Positions 39,071-51,200 of a stretch of DNA of 64,000 nt are shown one piece after another. The DNA is from Balanoglossus misakiensis (taxonomy: Eukaryota > Animalia > Hemichordata). The position numbers were made by a program, and so were the translations under genes. A model generated the notes under the pieces. That model did not search any database and was not told the DNA's origin. It saw only the letters and a program-made list of their open reading frames with translations. The stretch covers positions 16,623,903 through 16,687,902 of the forward strand of contig CM082577.2 in NCBI GenBank assembly GCA_040954595.2, read 5' to 3'. Numbering within the stretch: the first letter of the stretch is position 1; each line of letters opens with the position of its first letter.

Positions 39071-42000
39071 ATGGCGGAATCTAGTAAAAGTTTGTCGAGT
39101 ATGTAAACACTCTAGAACCGAAAGTGCAAGCACGATATCAGTCCAAGATATCATTATGCGGTGGTGTGGATCCGTATGCCATAAAATCGAAGGAACTTTC
39201 AACCGACCTGAAAGATTTGCCAAATCTGCAGTTCCCCGATATATCGAATTATCTGGTGTTGCAGTCATCGTTTTACACGAAAAATGAAATGAAGGCTTTC
39301 AAAAGTTTGGAGGCCTATAACTTTTTCGTTTGTGGCTGGGTGCACGACCTTGGCATTAAAAGGTTACAAGATAATCGTCTTATATGCGCCAAGGTGAGTA
39401 AACGTATTATCTTTTTCTGTGTCGTTAACCGAAGAAAGTCTTTATGAATGACAGCTCTGCGTGGCACGGCTATGTCAATGACTGGACGAAAAAATGCTGC
39501 GGGAGACTTTGTTGTCGGCATCTGTACATATAATTCCTGACGGGTTCGTGGTTTCAAACACAAACAGTTCACTTTTGAGCTATCTCATCCGAATGTGTTT
39601 GGTGGTTACTGCATAACATTTATTGTTGTTTTAAAATGAAGCGTGACCATTCACGCGCGGGTTTTCTCCAAGGTGTGTACGGACTGTGACTTGCACGCTG
39701 CGTATAACTGTGTTATTGTTTGTTAAATTTCGGGTGGATCGTGTTTTTGTTCATATCCATAGTTTGTCAACCATCTAATTACCAATACCAGACGATACAT
39801 CCATCGGTGAAATATGCTGACTCAGCTGTTTTCTTCAATTATTGACCTATTATTGGCCTTGTATTTCAAAAACAAATGCGGTGACCCCTAAATTTTATTA
39901 CAGATGTTCATTAATACATACACATGGGAAACCAAAAATCCACAATTAAAAGAAATGACAACACTGGTACTATTAACTTGGTAACTATATTTTAGTTGTG
40001 ATTTCTCTCCAATTTCTTTTAGGTAAACCACTCTCAGAGATCCACTCTGAGTCCTTTAAAGGCATGGGTGATTGTAAAGGAAGATGGAGAGGTGTTGACA
40101 GCACATTGCAACTGCATGGCTGGGTGAGTTGTGTGATAATAATAACTATATGGGTTCTTGCTAGAAATTTCACAATTTAAATATTGTGGAAATTCAAAAT
40201 GTTTAACATGATTTGTATTGTGTTGTAGGTTAGCTGAATCATGCTCTCATGTAGGAGCCATACTGTATGCTGTAGAAGCAGGTGTGCGTATGCGTGATTC
40301 TGTCACCTGTACAATGGAGAAGGGCAAGTGGATGATGCCATCTCATGTGAAAAAGGTACACATCTGATTATGTTCATAGTAAAATTATATATAAAGGGAA
40401 AGTAGCTGTAATTTTTCTATAATTCCCCTTTCTTCCTAAATCATGTTGAAATGCCCCAAGTTCAGTTTGCTGACACTGCCTGTGACATAGATAGTTATTG
40501 TTAACAATTGAGTTTTGGTCGGGACTAACAATTATGTGTCAGCAATAATAATACCGTTTGTGTGCAGTCTGATGACAATTAAGCCATGCAGTTGGTGTTT
40601 AAACATACTTTTAACAGAACAAGAAGTTAATGATATGTTATTTTTTGCACAGATACCTGCTGCTCCAGTTTCCCAAATTGATTTTTCTTCTGCAAAGGCT
40701 AAAAAACAAAGACTGGATCAGGCTTCTTGTGATGAAGACACTCCGCCAATCAAGGATGCTAGTTCTGTATGTCCATCAGTTACAAAAGGGTCAGAAGAGT
40801 ATCACAAGTTTTTTAGGGAATTGAATACCAATTTTCCAAAGAGTGCCGCACTGATGACCAAACAACCCTACCACAACAAGTTTGTACCCAAGTCATCAAC
40901 CGAACTTCTGCCAAGATCACTTATCGATTACAGAACAGATATCACACTGTCACTCGATAAGGAAAATCTGTTTGCTGACTGCAGTAAATTCACGTTATCA
41001 GTGACAGACAGTCAGGCCAAAGCAGTGGAGTTGGAGACCAGAAGACAGACAAGGAGTAAGATCTGGTTCAGTCAGAGAGCTGGCAGGATCACTGCTTCCA
41101 AATTGAGAGCTGTCTTGCACACAGACACCGGTAAACCCTCCAGAAGTTTAATTAAGGCAATATGTTATCCACAAGAACATAGATTTTCCAGCCAAGCAAC
41201 AAAGTGAGTATGCAGTCAATGTGGATAGTTTTCTTCTTGTTTACTGTTTTGATACAGTAATGCTTCCATTGGGTCCCTAAGCTGTCTAGCCAGCTGCATT
41301 CATTGTTTAGTATTTGAGCATGTAAATTGGCCTCTTGGTTTTAAATGCTTAAAGTCAGTATGTTTATCGTTTTCTAAAATATTACATTTTATAAACCATT
41401 CACAAATTTTCATGTACTTTCTCCTTCTATTTCAGTTATGGTTGCAAGCATGAGGCAACAGCCAGAGCAGAGTATGGGCGAAAGATGTCTGCCAGGCACA
41501 ACAATTTCATACTCGCTGACAGTGGCCTTAGGTTGCACCCAAAATGGCCATTCATGGGTGCAACTCCTGATGCTGTGATAAACTGTGACTGCTGTGGTTT
41601 TGGTTCATGTGAAATAAAGGTATGTCAATGTACCATGGGGTTAATACTGTTACAGCATGTGTATATTGTGCTGCTTGGTATGCTTTGGGAAATAGTCATG
41701 AATGTTATTAGTCCTTTTTTTCCGGGTTTGATTAACAAATTTTTTGTTCATTTCATTCAGTGTCCATACTGCCATCGGTACAACACAAGAATCGAGGATT
41801 GTGTGGGGAAGAGAGGCGCCTGCCTGATCCATGGAGATAATGGGAACATGAAACTTGACAGAAATCACAGTTATTTCTATCAAGTTCAAGCACAGATCAA
41901 TATTATGGAAGCAAAATATTGTGACTTTCTAGTGTGGAATGAAAATGATATTGTTTATAGAACGCATTATGCCAGATCATGATTTCTGGCCTGGTATAAT

Positions 42001-42078
42001 GCCAAAGGCAGAAATATTTTTCCGGCAATGCATACTACCTGAAGTTTTGGGCGACATTTCACAAATTTTGCAGTTTAA
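39071..42078 (+). pseudogene. YqaJ / lambda-exonuclease-like gene (accessory gene of ISL2EU- or KolobokE-type transposons); exons ~39071-39393, 40229-40355, 40653-41203, 41436-41619, 41761-42078
   Basis: [72 protein letters not shown]|CPY, HSYFYQVQAQ..CDFLVW; frameshifts near the start and end. Confidence 0.8.
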
Positions 42079-42324
42079 AGTCTTTATGGTCAATAATCAA
42101 TGAATTTTATAAAAATACAACACAACAGTATATGTGAATTAAACAAATTTATTATCAAATGGTCAACATTATAGACAAAATCTGGGGTGTAGATTTAATG
42201 TACATCATATAAATTTCTGTATATTTAATTTAAATAATTTAAATAAATACAGTGTTACATTTATACTAATATATTATTTCAATGTATGATATATTATTTT
42301 TATACAATCATTTAAATATAATAT

Positions 42325-45312
42325 TGTTACGATCTGTATAAAGGTCAAATACGATTTCAAGGGTTAATTAATCCAGAGCTCGGAAATGTCAATGTTTGAT
42401 AGTATTTGATTTTATGTATTTGAAGTAGATAGGGAGAGCGGGTGTTTACCTGACTGCTCTGGTTGTCAATCATCACCGAACTGACTTTCTTATATAACAC
42501 TTTATGTAAATTGGTACGTATAGAGTTGACTGATGCCCAATGAAATTGTAACACATATATTTTACATTATTAACCACGCCTTGAGAAAAGTAATTATAAG
42601 AGAACTCTGTTTCCAAAGTTGAAAAAAAGAATAATCTAACGGGAGATGGGAGTACCTCAGGCTACTGAGCTCGTTCCCTTCCTCATGTACTTTACTGGGC
42701 GTATTTGATGTACTGGAGTAGTTCTGGACAATAAATGAACGTGAATCAGATACGTGTCTCCGTGGATCACTGTTCTCGTCAGAGCCCGATACCTCATCGC
42801 TACAGATTCCCCGATGCATGAACAATCATGAGAAACCAGCCGTAATACATGGTGGAGATACGTGGGTAGACGAAACAAATCCATCGGAGACAGAAACGGC
42901 GACGTCCAGCGGAAAGATTACAGCATGGATCGCGAGATGCTAAACGACATGAACAGTCAAATATCGGAAATATGACAGGTTACACTCAGAGCTGGAGGTC
43001 AGGTAGGCCCAGGTTTCTTTTCGGGTACAGAGACTGAGAATGCACACCGATGGTGGAAAAGATATATAGACTTTGCTGACTTTAAGCAATGGTCAGACGA
43101 GAAACGGCTTAAAGGAATCGGACTATATTTGACTGGTGAAGCGGAGCGATGGTTCTACAGACTGTCTGCAGAAAAGAAAAATGACTTGACGACACTGCAA
43201 AATGTCTTCCTCGCTCGTTTTGATAAGTGCGGTCCGATGTGGCTGTATGACGAGAAACTGTTTCGCCTGAAGCAACTGCCGGACCAGACTGTTGAACAAT
43301 ATGCGGAATTAATATGCGAAAAAGCAGAAAAAGCGAAAAAGACTGATGAGGAAATACTATCTTTCTTCATGAACGGACTGAGACCGGACATACTAAAGTT
43401 CGTAGCGGGAATGTCACCTGAGGACTTCGAAACAGCGTACAAACATGCTCGAACAGCAGAGGTCGTGGCAGGATTACCAGAGACAGACGAGCCAGAAGCG
43501 GATCTTTTACAACAAATCTCGACACGGATTGACGAGATGAAACAAGAAGATCAAGAAGTGAAGACCAAATCAAGCGCGGCAGATCATCGAGGACGATCGA
43601 CAAAAAGAGAGAAGAAATCGCCGAATTACAGAGCAAGAGAACGAACAATAGACTATAAGGTAAAGAGGAACAGATATAATTTTACTGGGCACTCTGCCCA
43701 ACGTTTTCCTCGACATAGTCAATTTAATTCCCGTGCATGTTTTAATTGTGGGCGTTACGATCATATAGCTAGAAATTGTTCAAAATATGCGTAACAGAAA
43801 AAAAACGGAAAAGGGAGACACGTGGTTGATTGAAATGAATATTTGAATATGACTGAGAGGTATGAGTGTATGCCGGCCTGTATGAGTGAGTGTACGATTG
43901 GCGTGTCACTTGATTCGTTTAATGTTACGTAAGTTGTCAAATGACATTTTATAGTCCGTTGTTTGCTGAGTTTAGTTGTAAGTGCTGTGCAACCTGGTTC
44001 CCGTGTCACTCTGTTTAAATGTGTTAATGTATTTAAGTTGTAAAGAAATTACCAGTGAAGTTTGAAGTTGCAGAGATTTTAACACTGGAGAAAAATGTTG
44101 TGAGTTGAATTTGCCGTTCGTTTGATGACCTAAATATAGATGGTCCAATTTGTGTAAATAGCCCCTTTTAATGGCTATGTGTTTGTATAAAGAAACCAAA
44201 GAAAATCCCATTTTCGAATGAAGAAAATGCCATTTTCGAAGTTGTAAAGAGTGGATTTTTGACAAAACGCTAAGATGTTTCAGTTTTAAATTTTTAAAGG
44301 TTATTGAATTTGCCCGACATGACGTAACTCGAGAATAAGGAATGTCGGATGATCGTTCGATGTAAAAGAATGCAAGAGAGTTTCGTTTGAGTCAATAAGA
44401 CAACATATATTAAGATTGTGTTGAATGATGGATACAACGTTTTATGGGTTTACAGAAGGAGTTGCGATTTTATTGGTTATATTAGTAGGTGGATATGTGT
44501 GCGAAGGTTTTATGAGCACATACTATTTTAAGTTTATATGTACTTTTATTCTGTAGTAATTTTTGTATTGTAATTTTATAATTTTTCAAGACGATCACTT
44601 CATAGACATGACTCGATTTTTTCAAATATTTTACTTCAATTTTATTATATATATTGTATTCTTACATTTCAAAATCATACGGTACATCTTAATATATTCT
44701 TGGGGTGGAATTGAACGATTACCCTTGGTGTACTGCTCTTTAAGAGATTTGTGTCCAATGCGGGACGCATTGGTTTAAAAGGAGGGGAGTGTTACGATCT
44801 GTATAAAGGTCAAATACGATTTCAAGGGTTAATTAATCCAGAGCTCGGAAATGTCAATGTTTGATAGTATTTGATTTTATGTATTTGAAGTAGATAGGGA
44901 GAGCGGGTGTTTACCTGACTGCTCTGGTTGTCAATCATCACCGAACTGACTTTCTTATATAACACTTTATGTAAATTGGTACGTATAGAGTTGACTGATG
45001 CCCAATGAAATTGTAACACATATATTTTACATTATTAACCACGCCTTGAGAAAAGTAATTATAAGAGAACTTTGTTTCCAAAGTTGAAAAAAAGAATAAT
45101 CTAACGGGAGATGGGAGTACCTCAGGCTACTGAGCTCGTTCCCTTCCTCATGTACTTTACTGGGCGTATTTGATGTACTGGAGTAGTTCTGGACAATAAA
45201 TGAACGTGAATCAGATACGTGTCTCCGTGGATCACTGTTCTCGTCAGAGCCCGATACCTCATCGCTACAGATTCCCCGATGCATGAACAATCATGAGAAA
45301 CCAGCCGTAATA
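42325..45312 (+). mobile_element. Non-autonomous gag-only LTR retrotransposon (Gypsy-like), recent insertion
   Basis: 523 bp LTRs at 42325-42847 and 44790-45312, only one mismatch noticed; ATAT TSD (42321-42324 / 45313-45316); PBS TGGTGGAGAT at 42850; PPT aaaaggaggggag at 44777-44789. Confidence 0.95.
42925..43794 (+). pseudogene. Gag (retrotransposon capsid-like + CCHC zinc knuckle) with an in-frame TGA at codon 17
   Basis: ATG 42925 is in frame with ORF 43129-43794; PGFFSGTETENAHRWW..LYLTGEAERWF..LKQLPDQTVEQY..FMNGLRP..CFNCGRYDHIARNC; TGA at 42973-42975. Confidence 0.85.
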
Positions 45313-45576
45313 ATATGATACATGTTATGTGTATGGCAGTTCTAAAGACTAAAAATACCCAGAAAAACTTTACTGGATGCCGAAATATTGTTTGTCAGTC
45401 ACCTGGAAAAGACAATTCTATGCAGACAAAGACTATGCAGACGAAACTCCATGAGGCTGATAACGCACCATACCTGATACATGTTACGTGTCTGGCAGTT
45501 CTAAAGTAAAAACATACTCAGGAAAAACTTTTACAGGAAGCTGAAATATTGCTTTTTCATTCTGGCGAGTTTTTCA

Positions 45577-45712
45577 CACTCGTGTCTACAAGTGGGATGG
45601 AAGTTGTGTGTGGTCGAACGTTGATTCACTATATATCCAGTAGAATGACATAAATGGTGTCTTGTATCAAACATAATTAATGGAAAAAGGGCCAGCGAGA
45701 GAGATACTTTTA
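45577..45712. mobile_element. Half copy of the Kolobok-type MITE
   Basis: ctcgtgtctacaagtgggatggaagttgtgtgtggtcgaacg...gcgagagagatact matches the arm of 58530-58877. Confidence 0.7.
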
Positions 45713-45825
45713 AAGAATTACTCTAAAGGTACAATGGACTCAGACAGGTTTGTTAGGGCACAGCATATAACTCCAATTTTGTCTATGAGGCTCAATGACT
45801 TCCCCCTTTTTTAACCAAATACTCA

Positions 45826-47320
45826 ATTGGCAATGCAGCGCTAGAATTTGCATCCAACCATGATAATATCACCAATGACGAAAAAGAAATTATCACCCAT
45901 GCCAAGAGATCATACTTTCATACTCCACGAGATAACCAAAAAACACGGCAACCAATTTGGCCTTTACAGGGACGACGGCCTCGGAATAATCAAGGCGTCA
46001 GCACGACAAGTGGAACGCAAAAAGAAAGATCTCTGCGCCATCTTCAACCAATATGGACTGAAAATCACAATCGAAGCCAACAAAAAAATTGTGAACTTTC
46101 TCGACACCACCCTGAACCTAACCACCGGAAAATACCAGCCCTACACGAAACCCAACAACATACCGCAATACGTCCACAGCAAATCAAACCACCCACAAGG
46201 AATCCTCAAAAACATACCAGAATCCATCAACAAGCGACTCTCAGAAATTTCATACGACGACGAATGCTTCAACACGGCCGCACCACTATACCAACAGGCC
46301 ATCTACAAAAGCGGATACAAACATCAACTGAAATTCTCGCCGCCAACAGAACAACCACAAGCCCACAAGAGAAACCGCAGCAGGAACATAATATGGTACA
46401 CCCCACCGTACAGTAAAAACGTCGCCACACATATAGGGAGAGAGTTCCTCAAAATAATTAACGAAGAATTTCCACCAAGCCACACCCTCCACAAGATATT
46501 CAACCGGAACACAGTAAAAATAAGCTACAGCACCACGAGCAACACAGCACAAACCATCCAGAACCACAACAAATCGGTACTTTCCAGCAACAACGACAAC
46601 AGAACTAAAAAACAATGCAACTGCCGGTCACCTGCAAACTGCCCAATGTCAGGACACTGCCTGACCGAATCAATTGTATACCAAGCCACCGTTACTACGC
46701 AGGATAGCAAGCCGGACCAAACCTACGTCGGACTAACTGCCAACACCTTCAAGACCCGCTTCAACAACCATAAGGACTCATTCAGGAACGCCACCAAAAA
46801 GAACAGTACAGAACTCAGTAAATACATTTGGAAACTAAAGGATGAGCACATAGAACACAAAATCACGTGGAAAACATTAAAACAAGCTAGCCCCTACACC
46901 CCCACCAGCAACCGATGCAACCTATGTCTTTGGGAAAAATATTTCATCATATGCAAACCAAAACAAGCCACACTCAATAAACGTAATGAACTCGTCAGCA
47001 CATGCCGCCACTCCAGCAAATTCCTCCTGAAGAATCTGGCCAATCAACACCCTTCCACACAGCCCCAATCAATACACACTCCTATTCAAATGTAGGCCCA
47101 TTTGCATATCCACCCTACCCAATTCCCTGTTGTCCACACCCTTCATCATCATTCAGGCATCAGTATCTGACGAGTGTAGGCCCCGCTTACACGAAACTGA
47201 TCAGTAATACACCGCCTATGTCAAAACAGCCTTAGTTCCCTTGCACACTCTACTATTAAGCTCTGGATTTACACCATCGAGCACTCTGCCAGCAGTACTT
47301 GCAACGAACTCCCAAATCGT
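45826..47320 (+). mobile_element. Penelope-like element, 5'-truncated and internally deleted (RT C-terminus + GIY-YIG endonuclease)
   Basis: ORF 45848-47095: GLYRDDGL, VNFLDTTL, YVHSKSNHP, WYTPPYS, CNC..C..C, IVYQA..TYVGLT..FKTRFNNH, CNLCLWEK, LNKRNE; strong A/C strand bias. Confidence 0.93.
47163..47210 (+). ncRNA. Minimal type I hammerhead ribozyme in the Penelope 3' repeat
   Basis: gtat-CTGACGA-gtgtagg cccc gcttacac-GAAA-ctgatcag-TA-atac: stem I gtat/atac, conserved core, stem II, palindromic stem III, GUA cleavage triplet. Confidence 0.88.
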
Positions 47321-48281
47321 ATATATATTTATATATATATATAACAGGTAGGAATGTTGATAGAATGTCCTCATTGGTTGTTGCTATACTGGAAAGTGGT
47401 TTAAATGTTTTAACTTCAAACACAGCCCTCAAGAAGACTGGTTAAAAGTTTGTTCAGATGACTGTGCACATACATAAATTACATATACACACACAAGACA
47501 ACATTATCAACTGAAACTTCCAACGGTGTATTTATTAACAATGGTGATCATCATTCAAAATAGCGAAATGTGAAAACATGCAGTCATCAGTTACTTAAGT
47601 TAGCTTACAAATTGCACTTACATAAAATTTTGAATTTTACTGAAATGTCACCTTAATTCATTTAAATATGAAAATACAAACAACTTTATAAAGGCACACC
47701 TTTATCAGTGCTAAAGGCAAACAGATTAACTTGAGAAAGATTTCAGTGGAAAAAAAGGTTTACACTAAAGGTCAAAAAGAGCTATATGCGAGAACATTGG
47801 ATTGAAACTTGCACATTATTAAGACAAAAAGTTCTATAATCATTTAAATCTCATTCTGTGTTGTTCTTACTCAGTGTGAAAAATATGCAAATCTTAAAGG
47901 AGACTTTCTCAATCAATTTTAACTTGAATTTGATTCTCAGCCAACAAATTGAATTATGTCAATCATCCCATGAGAAAAAGTTCTTTTTGTATTGTAAAAA
48001 AGAGTATGTTATACTTTTAATGAAATTTATTTTTTACATCCTAGACAGAACTTTTCATTGTTGCACGTGTAGTGTTCTCCCTAGGATTTTTATAGCATAG
48101 CGACTGATTTACATAAGAATGCTGGTAATTATTATGTTAATGATGTTTCTATTGTTTTCCAAAAATTAAAGAACAGGGGCCACTACTCTACAACTGCTCT
48201 GGGGAGAACACTGAATTGCTCACTCCTCATTTTTAAGCAAATCTTGTGACATTGTGTAAAGTCTAAATGTCTGTTCATTTC

Positions 48282-51200
48282 TTAAATATGCATAATTTTG
48301 TCTGTATCATTACTTAGTTGTTGCATTGCAAGGATCTCTTTTTCTCTTTGCCTTAAGAGGGGGGTGTTGACTTTATGGCACAATCTGTCTTCATTCACCA
48401 GAATGTTAGGGGTCCATGCAAAGTCAGGATCCTCACCATGTGCACCTGCTGACTTTGCTCTTGACAACGCCACATAAAGTGCCCCTGGATTTCTAGATTC
48501 AAAACTTCGGGTCCCAGGACTTATAACAATGTATCTGTTTATTTCCCCTTTCCCAATAGTTAATCCTTGACAACGATGTATGGTTGATCCCCAACCCAAA
48601 CGAAGTGGAACTTGCTTTCTCTTGCAACAAACACAATCAAGCCTCCTTTCGACTGGTACAATGGGACTATAGTTGGGTGTTTCTGTAGGAATGGTGGCCC
48701 TGTATATTTTGGGAAATCAACTATGATCATATTAGGCAAAGCATCCTTAGGTGATTGGCCTGTTTGGTAGATAATGTCAATGGCAGTGCCTACAGATCCA
48801 TTAAACAAACCAAATTCAACATTTACATTGACAGTGAGCATGACTCGTGTACCTTTGCATATTAACAAGGTTCGCACCAATCCACCAGCTTTGTCACTAG
48901 AGGAAGAGTTGGAATGGATACCTTGCTTTATGGCATCTATTTTGGCCACGGGAAATAATTTGTTTGCAATCAATAGCTGAGATTTATTATGTCTCCATTC
49001 ATCTTCATGGTTTGGAAATACAAACAATCCATGTTGAGTAAAGTTATCTAGTAAACTTTGCCCATGACATTTTTTGAGATTTGGCCACTGAAATTGCTGA
49101 AGCCACCTAGCTTGGTCAGGTGTGGTTGAGTAATTTCTCAATGAATTAAGGACACTTTTCAGTTGTTGTTGATCATTCTGTTGCCTTACAAATGATTTTA
49201 ATTTAACCACATTTATGAACCCCTTCCAGACAAGTGCTCCATGAATAGCAGCTGGTGTTTTGCTGTTACAGTTGTAAACAGGTGTGTCACAAACAGGTGG
49301 TAGTTGTATATCATCCCCAAGTAACACAACAACTGGTAAGCCACCCCAATCCTGTGAAAACTCTGAACCATTTTGCATGCCACATCTGCAGTGAAACTCC
49401 ACCCACCCTAGTGTTCTACAACCAATCAATGTTCTTTCATCAATCCACAGACAATGGAGACCTTCACAGTTGCGTTGCGGCATTTCACCTAAACTCCCAT
49501 CAGGCGGTGACATATCTTTGAGTGATTTGGCTCCAATTGGAATTTTTAGGAAACTGTGCAATGTTACGCCAGATATGAGATTCGCACTGTTTCCTGTTGG
49601 GCAAAGCACTTGAACAGCTTTGTTACTATTGAAGATTTGGCGGATTGAAAACACAAGGCAGTTTATCAAGTACGATTTGCCTGAACCAGCAGCACCTGCA
49701 ACAACAAGGCGTAAAGGCTCAAAATCACCCTTATTTTTGGACCATTTCACCAAAGCATCCATGACTATCATGTAGGCAAATTTCTGCTCCTCATTCATTG
49801 ACTGTAGATTTACATTTGGAAATTTCAGTTTATTTGATGTGTTTAATCTGGCTGCTTCTGTCACACCTTCTAACCATGTCTGTCCATTTTCTGGATATTG
49901 GTGAGTTGCCTATGTCCAGTCATGGTCTGGTCCACCATCAAAGTATTCAAAATCTGATTTAAAGTCATCGTAAATCGCATTAGGTTGTATAATGTCCATC
50001 CATTCAGGCCGTTCTGGGGCAACCTGATCTTCATTTTCAGTCTCAACATCCATGTCACAATGTTGATCAGACTGTCTTGATTTGGCTCGTTCTACATCCG
50101 CTTTTACAAAGCATGGACACTTATCAGACATCAAAAACTTCTTCATTGTGTCCTCCCAGTTGGGTTTTTCCCCACATATGTCATTTATTGATCTCCAGTT
50201 CGCCCAATGGAGCAGCAGCATTGTTCTGCAGTAGTCAGAATTAAGCGGCCAGGTAGCTTTAGTTGCATTCCCAGCAATCAATGGAACTTTTCCACCTTTA
50301 CAAATAAATTCATAACAAGATGAATTATCTTGATTTTCACGGGCCAAAAACTTGTCCAAGGAAGTCTTGCTGGTAGTGGTTGAACCTGTACGTTCCAGAA
50401 TCCTTGAACCTGACATACTTATGTATTGAAAATTATGGCTGCATCTGTACAGTGGTAAAGCAGAAAGGTCATATGCGGCTTCCACTGCTGAAACGTCTCT
50501 TTTTATTGTGTTCATCAGCAACCTTGTGCAGAGAGATTTCACAGTAGCACCAGTGGTCTCATCGGTAGAATTAACCATATCTTTAAAGACATCAGCAATG
50601 GCCCCTGTTGGTTCATTTCCCTTACAGGCATACCCAGACACATATTTTTCAGTGGCAATTATCTCATTAATTGATGGACTATCAGGACTGCTTTTGGACA
50701 AAATTATGCTGATATCTCCATTTGCTCGCCATCCCTGTGTATGATACTGGGAATGCTGGACTAATGTGGGATGATATCTTGTCATTTCCAGGCGTAATGA
50801 CGCAATTCTGTCTTTCACAATGGCTGGTAAAGTTCTGAGTTCTCTGCCAGGCATGCTTTTTGTACCAAAGCCCATTCTACAAATTATTTCTCTGCCATTC
50901 CTCAATTCACTTTTCTTTGGTGTTCTCAAACAATATTCTGATTATTTGTGTATATTTATTTTGTTTGTAAGAAGTAAATGGTCTTCTAATAATGATGCTT
51001 GAGAATCACTGACACCCATCAGTAGTTTCACAAGTGTATTTGTTTCCTCTGGTGGTGGTGGAGCTGAACCTTCTGGTGGAGGCCAGTACTCTTTTCTTGG
51101 TATTCCATTATGATCATTCCCTGCTGGGTGGCAAGCTGTCATTCCAAAAACACTTTGGGCCCAATTTGATAGTTCCTGTGCAGTTTCATCATCTGTCAGA

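Noticed and set aside
42357-42884. Short ORFs duplicated at 44822-45290
   Set aside because: Chance ORFs within the two LTRs.
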